Source: Promethearchaeota archaeon (GTDB taxonomy: Archaea > Asgardarchaeota > Lokiarchaeia > Sigyniarchaeales > SOKP01). From it: a stretch of DNA of 64,000 bases. Each line of letters begins with the position of its first letter. Position 1 is the first letter of the stretch. Below, piece after piece: positions 1 through 10,226 of the stretch. The stretch spans positions 18,431-82,430 of the forward strand of contig JBHLNZ010000006.1 of NCBI GenBank assembly GCA_048941015.1, given 5' to 3'. The translations under genes and the position numbers were made by a program. The notes below the pieces were generated by a model that made no database searches, was not told the DNA's origin, and saw nothing but the letters and a program-made list of their open reading frames with translations.

Positions 1-3000
1 TTTGCTTCTCCATTTGTATCTGTGGATGCCATACCAAGATAGTAATTATTCTCAGAGTTAGAGATGTTAAAATAGAGGGTCTGATTCGATAAGCGTTTTT
101 CATCTGCCAAAAGAACAGCGCTAATATTTCCAATTTCATTGTATGGTATATTATTACTTACATAAACTAATTGGATGTTCATATATTTGCCTTTATTTTT
201 GAATAATTTCATTTCTTCTATTGGTTGGTATATATTATTTCCTTGAAAAGTCACGTTGAAAATATGTTGTCCTTTAGCTACGGAAACATTGTAATTAAAT
301 GTCGCATAACCATTGATATCAGTAACTGTAGTTCCTAAGGTTTGAGGGTTATCTCTGTCCCCCATTTCAAAGGTTAAGACTTGTCCAGGGATAGGTGTTT
401 TTGGCTCAATTTCTATAAGTTCATCTGATTCAGAGAGATATTTATCATTTTCAACTAATCGTGCTTTAACGTTAATCAAATGATTCGAATAAATATTATC
501 ATCTTCCATAATATCAATTTCCAGTTTTACAGATTCTTTCAAAACCTGTAAATTTAACTCCTTTGTTTCTTTAACAACAATTCCTAGCACATTTAACATA
601 AGTATTGTTATCAAGATTATATAATCTGAAGCTTTAAAGAATAAAGGATCTATTAAAATCTCTAAAGTATTCATTTTTTCTGTTGTTATAGAATCTGACA
701 TTTTGATTATAGTTTTATAGTTGAGATCTAATATTTTGAGATTGTACGTTCCATTAGCTATGGAAGTAAAACTTATATTGATATAATCGGTAAGTTCTGC
801 CTTCACATTTTCATATTCTGTTGGATCAACATCATATATTGGATTATTGACTATTCTTATCTCGACAGATGCTGTATTGTTGTTATTATTATTGTCAATT
901 GCTAAAGCATATATCACATATTCACCATCGACATAATCAGTTGTGCTCAAATTATAAATATAAAGATCAGAAATTGGGTCATAGTAGAAAAAATCTTCTT
1001 TCACTAAGGTTATTCCTTGATATAACAACTTAAACAAGACCTCGTGAACACCTGATTCTCTATCAAAAACTCCTAGTTTAATTGTCGTTTTTTCCCTTAA
1101 AATATCACCATTTGATATCTCAGAAAACCATAATCTAGGAGGATTCATATCCAATTCAGGAGGAATAATCGTAGAATTTTCTAACACTAAGTCATATGAT
1201 TCCGTGTCGTTCTCAAGGTTAGGAATCCATTCAGGGTTAATTTTTTCTAATGTTGAGCCCCCATAATCATACAAATCATTCATAGTATCTTGATTCTGTG
1301 TTAAAGGATCTTCTGGATAATAATTACTTATTGCTTTTAGATCCTTAATCAATCCTGTTCTTTCTGTTTGAGAACATATAAGCGCGATTCCGGAATATGA
1401 TGAAAATAAAATCGTTATAACTAAGAATATTACTAAAAAGATCTTCTTTCTTCTTTTCCCTTTTGAAGTTTTAATCTTAAAATTAAATGAAGGGGTGATC
1501 ATCAATGCAGGAACTAGTATGATAAAGAAAGTTTCCCAGAATGACAAACTAAAAGTGAATATACTTTGTGCTTTAAAATTAACTTTACATCCAAGATAAT
1601 CATCGGTTCCCTTATAAGTAGCTTTAATAATATACTCATCATATTCTGGGAAAATCCAATCGAAAGTGTTATTATCTCCAATGATAAGGTCAAGATAGAA
1701 ATATTCAGTTGATCCTGATTCATCGTGACATATAATTTGTATTGCTACAAGTTCTCCTATCAACAAACCTCCTGTTGAGTTAAATAGAATTACATTTATG
1801 CTATATAACTCTCCAGGCCTAATATACTCAGGTAAATTTGTTTGAATATTAGTTGGTTCTTTTTCTACGCATTTATGTTCTTCTGTCAATTGGCTTTCTT
1901 TGTATTCTTCTGTACCTGCGAAATATACTTTTATAATGTAATTACCAAGTTTAGTAGGGGTGAAATTGAAGAATGTGGTATCATTTGTAACAATTTCATA
2001 AGATTGAGTAATTTTTCCTTTAAAATAAATATCAACTGAGAGATTATACCCTTTCAATGCGATTAAAAACTCGTCGTATAATGTGATATTTATGTCATAA
2101 TTAATGTCAATTCGAAATTTGCTAGTAAATAATTCTAATTCTAATGATGTTTTGATTTTTCTGAGGTTGAAGTAAATTGGATTACTTTCTGCAGCATAAT
2201 TATATTCTGTTTCATCAATTTTCGCTAATATCGCGGTATTCTTCCACCAGTTTGTTGTTGTGTAATTAGAAGTGTCCCAGTTAAAAATCGCTATACCTTC
2301 TTTATTAGTAATATTTGAGCCGATTAGAATTGGTTCTTTATTCTTTTGGAGAAAAAAGAAAGATACTTCAGCATCTTCATAAGGTATATCATAATCTTTA
2401 ATCGTTACATTTGCAACTAATGTAAGATTGTTATTAAAATCTAAAATGCTATAATTCAAATACGTTCCTAAGAAATCAGTAGATTCAACAACGGAAAAGG
2501 CTTCAAGAATAGAAAGATCAATCTCAAGTTCAAATTTCTCAGAATAAATTTCTGTTTCATTACTACTTGGATAGTATCTATCAGTTCCTTCATATGAACC
2601 AATTATTTCAAATGCTCCATAATTTGGGATTAGAAATTCATAACTGTTATTAAATCCAATTTCAATTTTAAAAGATGTCAAAAACAAAGGATTTTCTATT
2701 TTAACATTAATAATTTGTCCTAAGAGTTCCCTTTCATAAATGTCGATCAAATCAAAATGAATAATAACTAGTTCACCAGGAAGAACCTGAAATTTTTCGG
2801 GAATTATTGAAATAGAGGTTTGTAATTTATCTATGCTTATTTCTTTAGTTAAGATAAACCCTCCATAATATTGATCATCATCAATTACATAAATCTCAAA
2901 TATTGCATTGTTAAATTCAAAGATATCCCTGTAGGGCGTCCAACTAAACTCTATAACTCCAAAATTATCTGTAAATCCATCTTTAATTATAATACGTGTT

Positions 3001-6000
3001 CCGTTAGGTAATAAGAGGGACAGTTGGATATGACAGTTTGAAGCTACATCAGATGGAATAATTAACTTAAAGACTTCAATGATAAATTGTTCTTCTAGGA
3101 ATGGTGATAAACTATCAGGAAATTCAACTAAGTTCAATTCAACATTATATTTTGAAATAAAAGTTGAGATTTTTGGAGTTGAACAATTATTATAATAGTC
3201 TGCATAGTCATAAACAGCAGAAATATTGACTTCTTGACCGATAAATTTAGGTTCAATATCCCATATACATGAGATTAATCCCTCATTATCAGTGATTCCT
3301 TCATAGATTAAATATTTAGAAGTGCTGTTAGTAATGAAAAATTTTACTATCTCATCTTTAATTGGCATGCCTGTTAAATTATTTTCTAATCTTGCTCTTA
3401 AAAATAGATGTTCATCTGAGTAAAGAATTTCGGGAATTTTTTCCGTAAATTCTAGAGAAGTTGGAATTGGAGATACTCCGTAATAAATTTGGGTATAAGT
3501 TGGTAAATAGAGACTAGATCCACTGTAACTAGCATTTATTCTATATAATCCTAACTCTGTAAAGTTGAATTGAATTGTTTGATTACAAGAAATTTGTAGA
3601 GTCAAGTAATTAGTTGGAGTCTCGATCTCTAAATATAACGTTTCTGTAATTAATAGATTATCAAAATAATCATATAGCTCAAATGTTATATTCAAGTTTT
3701 CGTCAATATAATATTGATAGGAATCTGTTAATGCGGCAAAATCAATATAGGTAGGTGATTCGGTTATAAGAAGTTCTACACTATTACTGGCACCTTCATT
3801 TAAAGTGGTTTGATTAGTTTCAGCAATGAAAATTATAGAACTCTCTGCATAGGCTTCTGGTAAACTTACTAAGAAATTAACTTTTCCATCTAAATCAGTA
3901 GTTAATGAGTTAAGAAAGATCTTAGTAGAAGTAGTGAAATCAATATAAAACAATTTTACTAAACTACCACTGATGGACTGTTGATTAAATGTGTCTATTA
4001 ATTGGTATATGAGATTGATTGTATCTTCTTCAGGATAAATATATTCTGGATAATCTATTAGGTTTAACTTACTAGGATATAGCTCTATAAAATAAACTAT
4101 TTCTTTTTCCGTTGGAGCATAGAGCTCTGAACCAAGATAATAAAATTTGTAGATATATTTACCAGCCTCTGAAAATGATTTAGTCAGTAATGATGTCTCA
4201 CTTAAATTAATAACCGAACTTTCATAATATGATAGATCTTCACATGTTATTTCATATGTAATCTCATCTTCGACTTTTTCTCCTCTAGTAGTTAAAAATT
4301 CTATTTCAATAATAATATCCTCATTTATATAGCTATGGGGATTAGGTGTGATTATGATATTGAAATAAGTTTTAAGCGGAGCAGTTGTAATCTTAATTTC
4401 ATTAAAATATGATTGGTAATAGTTAGATTCTTCAGTGATTATTAAAATCGTTAAATTTTTGTTAATTAAACTTGAGGGAATCTGCCATTCAAATTCTATT
4501 ATCCCCTCTTCATTAGTAGTGTGGTTTTGAGAGTAAATAATGTTTTCTCCATCAAGGATAAGATAATGGACTAGCAAACCAGGTATCGGATCAGAATTTG
4601 TAGTATTTAAATCAGTGAAAGTGGTATTAAACCGAACGAATTCATCGATTTTATAATCAAAGTTTTGAATAGAAGGTTCAATCAAAACTTGGCGTTTTGA
4701 TACATTTAATATTAAAGAATAGTATGAATCTTGATAGATATCATCATTTGATACAAAATGAAAAACAAATTCAAAATCTGCTTCTCTTAATGGTTTCCAG
4801 GAAAAAGTATTGGTTAATGGTATTAAGACATCAAAAAGAAATTTATCTTCTACTAAACTTCCATTATCATATATGTTTTCAAAAACTGAAATCCATTTAT
4901 TTTGAATCGATTCATTTGTAAATGCATCAAATAGATTTACTGTAATTGAAAAATTATTACCCGGAACTAAATCCATTTCCGTTACATCTATAGAGAAATA
5001 GGTGGGGCGTTTTAAGATTTCTATTGTATAATAATCATGACATTCTAAATAGAGACTGGATCCATAATAATCTATTTCTATATAATAAAGCCCTGCTGTT
5101 AGAAATTTTAAATTTAAAGAACTATTGTAAGAAGTAATAACCTCGAACTGCTCATAATACGTCTCATTAGATATTGTGATTATTAATTGTGCATTTTCGA
5201 TAAGCTTTTGAAGATCATCATTTAAAAGTTCAAAATTAAAAGTATAATTCTCATTTACATATAAATCAGTCTTATCTACACTAAATATAATGCGGGTATA
5301 TAAAGGTCTAATGGTTATTGAAGAAACATTAGTTTTTCGCTGCAAACAGAAACCAAGCTTAGGAGAATTATAAGCATAATATTTCACGGTTTTAGAAGCC
5401 CAATTCTCAGGGATATCAAATATAAATGTAGCTAATCCTTCTGAATTAGTAATTCCTGAAAGAAATTCCATAAATTCACCAGTTTGGTTGGTACATAGAA
5501 AAATATTGAGCCCTTCAATGGGCATATTCGTTGAAAGATCTTTTGCTAAAATGGTTATAGCTACTTCCTGATTTATATAATAAATACTCTCTGACGGAGA
5601 AATCTCTTTAATTGATAATTTTAATCGTGTAACATTAAAAACAATCGCTGTTTCACTACTTTCAAACAAATCTGAGACATTAAACCTGCAACGAATTAGA
5701 TGTTCTCCAGGCGTTGAAAAACTAATCAAAATTGGTGTTGAAGAATTATAAACTCCTATTGGAATAAAATTATCAGAAATGCTAATTGATTCAAAATAGA
5801 TTTCAAAACCAGTGTTTTCATTGATAAGTCTAGAGTAAATATAAAGATTTTGATTAACAATTACATCAAAACCTTCTGGAGCTAAAGAAAGTAATTCTAT
5901 GCTTGTAGGAGTTAAATCAATATGCAGAGAATACATTTCTGATTTTTTTTCAGCCCAGATATCGAAATAAAATGGTTCATCCCTAAATGGTTCAGATAAC

Positions 6001-9000
6001 TGTCCATAATTTTCTTCTACTTTAGCAAAAATGAAGTAGTCCCCCTGAAATAGATTTGTTACTGTTATAGAAGCTATCCCATGCGCATCTGTTAAAGATG
6101 TACCTAGCAAAGTAATATTTCCATAATAATCTGAATAGAAGTTAACTTTTGCTCTAATTGCTGGAGCTCCAGTAAAGAGATCTGTAACATTTGCGACGAT
6201 ATCTAAATTATCTGTAGTATATGCTTGAGTTGCCAAGCTAAGATTTAAATCCACAGGGCGTCTTTTAACCTCAATGGTAAAATTCCCATTAACACTTTTA
6301 TAGGTTGGATTTTCTATAACTTCAAAGAAAATCGTATAGTTTCCAGGGCACGTTGGACTATAAGTATATGTACTATCTGAATTAATCATTTTTGTATTAT
6401 TATAATATATTATTTTCGGTGTTTCTTCCCACCACACTACATCAAAACCAATATAATCTAACCATGTCCCTATAACTGCGTTCGATTCAAAATTTGAGAG
6501 ATATGAATTTTGTGCATCTTTTAAATACCCTTCAAAATAACTGAAAAATCGGAATGTAATCACATTATTAGGATCTACATATTGCGACAAATTATCAGCA
6601 GTAAAATCAAAACTATAATCTGGAATGTTTAATAAATTCAATGGATTATTTGGATTCCCTAATTCAAAGGTCTCTTCGAAAAGATAATCTAAATAAGTAA
6701 TATAACTATCTGTTTTATAGTTATAGACTTCTATTCTCCCAAATGACTCAATTATGTTGTTTATATTTATATAGGCTGATTCAAGAAAATGTGCCCCAAA
6801 TAATGTAGCATTAATATATGATATATCTTTTAATTCCAAATCATAAAGACTAAACAGATAATCTAAATCTAATTGAAAATAGATTTCGATTTTCTGACGA
6901 GAGTAATCTGTATTTGGGTCATATTCTAAAATCTCAGGAGCAACTATCAAGCTAGCGTTCGGATACAATGTAGAATTTAATAAATATATATCTTTTAGTG
7001 TTGCTAATGGTATTCCGGTTTCATTATGAAATACTATTCCTGAATAGTTAGTAAAGGAAGTAAAATGTGTTCTAACCCAACTATGAGCATCCCAATATGC
7101 CTTTTCTTCAATAATATCCAATGGTAAATTTACTTCCTTTCCAAAGAAATTGTCCAGTGTAAGTGCGATACTAAAATCAACATCATCCCCCATATAACAT
7201 TCTATGAAATTAGGAATGATCTCCATAGTAAGTTCGAGCTTATCTGAAAATATTGGATAATGATCTATTGTTTCTGCTGTTCCAGAAATAGTATATGGAT
7301 CATCTCCGATTCCATCATCGTCTAAATCCTCTCCAATATAATCATCATAAGAATTACCTATGGTTCCATTATCCCATTGATTATTTGATTGAACTGGTAT
7401 TGATGTATAGTATGAGATCTCAATATAATCTATATTCATCCAGATAATAGTAAGTACAGGTTCCCAGCAGTACATATATAGCGCCATCCATTCAATATAA
7501 CCCCCTTGTAGAACTCTATCATATACAGGACCAGAAGTTATAGTCCAGACATTATCATAATAATACGCATTCACAGGAGTAGAAGCGACTGTAATAGACT
7601 GATAATCACCATTGTCAGCAACTACAAAGAGGGTGAGATCACTTGCTTGATCTAATACGTTTGGTAACCAACCCCCTTCTGTCATCACTCGATAATCAAT
7701 TTCAATCTTTGACAAATATTGGTGAGTAATGCTGTCAAAATTATCATAATTTCCCCAATCTATATGAAGCCAATCGGGAGGTATATAATATGGATAATCT
7801 GCCTCTAAGAATAGATTATAATTATCTTTACTACTTAGAGCATTATCTATTAATGATGCATCAGCAACAACTCTTGGAAAAGCTGTTCCCCATAAAAGTC
7901 CTCGGAAATCCAATATTTGATAGGCGTAATTTTTATGATATGAGATTGGAACTAAATCGTAGCTATTATCCTCAGCATTTAATCCGTTTCCTATGAATTC
8001 ATTATCATGAATAAGGTTGAAATTAGAATATCCTTCAATAATTAAACCATTCTCATTTGAAGTAATACTATTATTCTTTATAGTATTATTATTACATCTA
8101 TGTTCAAGGTAAATTCCATAAACATTTTCGAATATTATATTATCAAATATATTGTTATGTTCTCCACCATAAGACCTAATACCATAACCATTAGTGATTA
8201 TCTGATTGTAATAGATATCATTATATTCTGATTCGGAAATATCTATAGCAAATTTCGATCGTTTTATAATATTACCAGAGATGTCATTACCATCTGAGTG
8301 ACTGATAATGATTCCATTTGCGTTATCATTTAAGTTATTATGCCAAACATAATGATATCCACCAGGCGATTCCAAACTTATTCCAAAATGGGTACTTCCA
8401 CTTATATTATTTCCAGATATTGTGTTATATTCGCCCCAGATAGTTCTTATTCCATTATAACTTTGTTTAATCTCGTTGCCCATAACCATATTATTATAAT
8501 TATTACCATGTACCAAGATACCTACGTAATTAGAATTTAATTTATTGTTTAATATTTCATTCTCATGTCCAATATGTAATTCTATTCCTTCTCGTCTATT
8601 GTTTTCTACTGTATTATTCTCAATAAATACATTAATAGCTTTTTCTACACATATACCTTCAAGAAAATTATCGTTTATGGTATTTCCTATAACTTTGGTT
8701 TGATTAGTATTATATAGATAAATCCCCCTAGCGTTATTTAATGAACAATTGTTTTCTGTTAAAATACCTCGAGTAGTATTAATTAAGGTAATTGCTGCCA
8801 TCATTGTGCCCGGACCGGAGTTAAATAAGTTACTATTTTTTATCTCAAATTTAACATACGAATTTTTGATTTCTATACAACTCTCTGTATTATTTCCATT
8901 TATGGTTACATTTTCAATCCTAAAACCATCACCAACATTACCTGAACACCAATCATAATTAGTGGCATAATGTTCCCAACTTTTCAATTGATCTGAATCA

Positions 9001-10001
9001 TCAATTAATAGTGGGGGCAGATCAAGCCAATGGAGATTATTATTTTCAATTATGTTACCGGATAAACTACCAGAAATACAGCTCTCATCTCCTATTATGG
9101 TGTTATAAAGAATGGAGTTATCATAGCTTGTACCTAATTTAATCCCGGTTTCTCCACAACGCTTCATATTATTAAATTTTATAGAGTTATTATGGCTAAC
9201 CCTTAGACCTATGCCATGGCAGTAGCTGATTGGAGAATAATCCATACCATCAATAATATTGTTAAGAATTGAATTATTACTTGAACTCAATTCAATAGCT
9301 CCAGAATAAAAACTAGTAAGCAAATTGTTAGAAATAGAGTTATATCTAGATCCAGAAAGGATATCTATTCCATATTGATTTCGTTCAAATTGGTTTTTAC
9401 ATATTATATTACTGCTACTTTTATAAACAAGGACTCCAATACCGTTATCATAACCCATGTTATTTGAAATAGTATTATTGTCACTATAATCTAATGTAAT
9501 GCTTCCAGATTCTCCAACATTATCATATAAGATATTATTACTAACGGTGTTATTTCTAGAGTTATATAAACGGATGCCAAAAATATTTGAATAACAAGTA
9601 TTATTTATCAAATAAGCATTTGTGACATTTTCCAAAAGAATTCCATCGTAATCAGTAGAATGACAAATACTATTATTAATAATAAAAGGTTGATTAGAAT
9701 TAACTATTTTAATGCAATACTGAGCGGTTCCATGACCGTCAATAATAATGTTGTCAATCAAATAGGGGTCTTCCCATGTTCCTGAACCTGAACACCAAGT
9801 ATAATTTTCTGCAAATTTGCTCCAACTTAAATTTGGATCAGTATCATTGATGAAGATGGGAAATAAAACAGGCATCTGACCATTAGATAACTTTATTTCA
9901 GTGTTCTCATTATTAACTTGAACATTATTGTTAGCAACTATTACTAATACGAAAACTAAGCCTAAAATGAATAGAATTAATAATTTATTATTTTTTTCCA
10001 T
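1..10001 (-). CDS. Giant (>3,333 aa, 3'-partial) cell-surface protein: signal peptide, NosD/CASH-type right-handed beta-helix repeats, many Ig-like repeats, internal transmembrane hairpin, further extracellular domains
   Basis: Manual translation from ATG at 10001 (MEKNNKLLILFILGLVFVLVIVA...) stays open in one frame towards the window edge. The ORF track lists no closed ORF in this frame, consistent with no stop. It contains WCSGSGTWEDPYLIDNIIIDG, many GI-x-L...NN-x-I-xx-N beta-helix repeats, a DLDDDGIGD Ca-binding-like motif and T(D/N)xxG Ig-like repeats. Confidence 0.88.
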   Translation of the reverse strand, partial: MEKNNKLLILFILGLVFVLVIVANNNVQVNNENTEIKLSNGQMPVLFPIFINDTDPNLSWSKFAENYTWCSGSGTWEDPYLIDNIIIDGHGTAQYCIKIVNSNQPFIINNSICHSTDYDGILLENVTNAYLINNTCYSNIFGIRLYNSRNNTVSNNILYDNVGESGSITLDYSDNNTISNNMGYDNGIGVLVYKSSSNIICKNQFERNQYGIDILSGSRYNSISNNLLTSFYSGAIELSSSNNSILNNIIDGMDYSPISYCHGIGLRVSHNNSIKFNNMKRCGETGIKLGTSYDNSILYNTIIGDESCISGSLSGNIIENNNLHWLDLPPLLIDDSDQLKSWEHYATNYDWCSGNVGDGFRIENVTINGNNTESCIEIKNSYVKFEIKNSNLFNSGPGTMMAAITLINTTRGILTENNCSLNNARGIYLYNTNQTKVIGNTINDNFLEGICVEKAINVFIENNTVENNRREGIELHIGHENEILNNKLNSNYVGILVHGNNYNNMVMGNEIKQSYNGIRTIWGEYNTISGNNISGSTHFGISLESPGGYHYVWHNNLNDNANGIIISHSDGNDISGNIIKRSKFAIDISESEYNDIYYNQIITNGYGIRSYGGEHNNIFDNIIFENVYGIYLEHRCNNNTIKNNSITSNENGLIIEGYSNFNLIHDNEFIGNGLNAEDNSYDLVPISYHKNYAYQILDFRGLLWGTAFPRVVADASLIDNALSSKDNYNLFLEADYPYYIPPDWLHIDWGNYDNFDSITHQYLSKIEIDYRVMTEGGWLPNVLDQASDLTLFVVADNGDYQSITVASTPVNAYYYDNVWTITSGPVYDRVLQGGYIEWMALYMYCWEPVLTIIWMNIDYIEISYYTSIPVQSNNQWDNGTIGNSYDDYIGEDLDDDGIGDDPYTISGTAETIDHYPIFSDKLELTMEIIPNFIECYMGDDVDFSIALTLDNFFGKEVNLPLDIIEEKAYWDAHSWVRTHFTSFTNYSGIVFHNETGIPLATLKDIYLLNSTLYPNASLIVAPEILEYDPNTDYSRQKIEIYFQLDLDYLFSLYDLELKDISYINATLFGAHFLESAYININNIIESFGRIEVYNYKTDSYITYLDYLFEETFELGNPNNPLNLLNIPDYSFDFTADNLSQYVDPNNVITFRFFSYFEGYLKDAQNSYLSNFESNAVIGTWLDYIGFDVVWWEETPKIIYYNNTKMINSDSTYTYSPTCPGNYTIFFEVIENPTYKSVNGNFTIEVKRRPVDLNLSLATQAYTTDNLDIVANVTDLFTGAPAIRAKVNFYSDYYGNITLLGTSLTDAHGIASITVTNLFQGDYFIFAKVEENYGQLSEPFRDEPFYFDIWAEKKSEMYSLHIDLTPTSIELLSLAPEGFDVIVNQNLYIYSRLINENTGFEIYFESISISDNFIPIGVYNSSTPILISFSTPGEHLIRCRFNVSDLFESSETAIVFNVTRLKLSIKEISPSESIYYINQEVAITILAKDLSTNMPIEGLNIFLCTNQTGEFMEFLSGITNSEGLATFIFDIPENWASKTVKYYAYNSPKLGFCLQRKTNVSSITIRPLYTRIIFSVDKTDLYVNENYTFNFELLNDDLQKLIENAQLIITISNETYYEQFEVITSYNSSLNLKFLTAGLYYIEIDYYGSSLYLECHDYYTIEILKRPTYFSIDVTEMDLVPGNNFSITVNLFDAFTNESIQNKWISVFENIYDNGSLVEDKFLFDVLIPLTNTFSWKPLREADFEFVFHFVSNDDIYQDSYYSLILNVSKRQVLIEPSIQNFDYKIDEFVRFNTTFTDLNTTNSDPIPGLLVHYLILDGENIIYSQNHTTNEEGIIEFEWQIPSSLINKNLTILIITEESNYYQSYFNEIKITTAPLKTYFNIIITPNPHSYINEDIIIEIEFLTTRGEKVEDEITYEITCEDLSYYESSVINLSETSLLTKSFSEAGKYIYKFYYLGSELYAPTEKEIVYFIELYPSKLNLIDYPEYIYPEEDTINLIYQLIDTFNQQSISGSLVKLFYIDFTTSTKIFLNSLTTDLDGKVNFLVSLPEAYAESSIIFIAETNQTTLNEGASNSVELLITESPTYIDFAALTDSYQYYIDENLNITFELYDYFDNLLITETLYLEIETPTNYLTLQISCNQTIQFNFTELGLYRINASYSGSSLYLPTYTQIYYGVSPIPTSLEFTEKIPEILYSDEHLFLRARLENNLTGMPIKDEIVKFFITNSTSKYLIYEGITDNEGLISCIWDIEPKFIGQEVNISAVYDYADYYNNCSTPKISTFISKYNVELNLVEFPDSLSPFLEEQFIIEVFKLIIPSDVASNCHIQLSLLLPNGTRIIIKDGFTDNFGVIEFSWTPYRDIFEFNNAIFEIYVIDDDQYYGGFILTKEISIDKLQTSISIIPEKFQVLPGELVIIHFDLIDIYERELLGQIINVKIENPLFLTSFKIEIGFNNSYEFLIPNYGAFEIIGSYEGTDRYYPSSNETEIYSEKFELEIDLSILEAFSVVESTDFLGTYLNYSILDFNNNLTLVANVTIKDYDIPYEDAEVSFFFLQKNKEPILIGSNITNKEGIAIFNWDTSNYTTTNWWKNTAILAKIDETEYNYAAESNPIYFNLRKIKTSLELELFTSKFRIDINYDINITLYDEFLIALKGYNLSVDIYFKGKITQSYEIVTNDTTFFNFTPTKLGNYIIKVYFAGTEEYKESQLTEEHKCVEKEPTNIQTNLPEYIRPGELYSINVILFNSTGGLLIGELVAIQIICHDESGSTEYFYLDLIIGDNNTFDWIFPEYDEYIIKATYKGTDDYLGCKVNFKAQSIFTFSLSFWETFFIILVPALMITPSFNFKIKTSKGKRRKKIFLVIFLVITILFSSYSGIALICSQTERTGLIKDLKAISNYYPEDPLTQNQDTMNDLYDYGGSTLEKINPEWIPNLENDTESYDLVLENSTIIPPELDMNPPRLWFSEISNGDILREKTTIKLGVFDRESGVHEVLFKLLYQGITLVKEDFFYYDPISDLYIYNLSTTDYVDGEYVIYALAIDNNNNNNTASVEIRIVNNPIYDVDPTEYENVKAELTDYINISFTSIANGTYNLKILDLNYKTIIKMSDSITTEKMNTLEILIDPLFFKASDYIILITILMLNVLGIVVKETKELNLQVLKESVKLEIDIMEDDNIYSNHLINVKARLVENDKYLSESDELIEIEPKTPIPGQVLTFEMGDRDNPQTLGTTVTDINGYATFNYNVSVAKGQHIFNVTFQGNNIYQPIEEMKLFKNKGKYMNIQLVYVSNNIPYNEIGNISAVLLADEKRLSNQTLYFNISNSENNYYLGMASTDTNGEA

Positions 10002-10226
10002 TAAATTTCGCCAAAATTTTTTTTATTTTAAAAATTTTATAAAAAAATTACGTAACTATATATGTCATGTTTTTATTTAACAATTTTGTGAAACAGTTAC
10101 GCTAAATAAAATAAGTGTCTTTGTTTTTATAAAAACCTATAAGGACCAAATTTTTACATAGTATGAAAGACTATTTCCTTAAAACCTGAAGTATAATTGA
10201 ATAGGCTATAAGAAAAAATTAAGGTA

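Noticed and set aside
1514-8958. Short ORF-track entries within 1-10001
   Set aside because: They are antisense or out-of-frame shadows of the giant minus-strand CDS.
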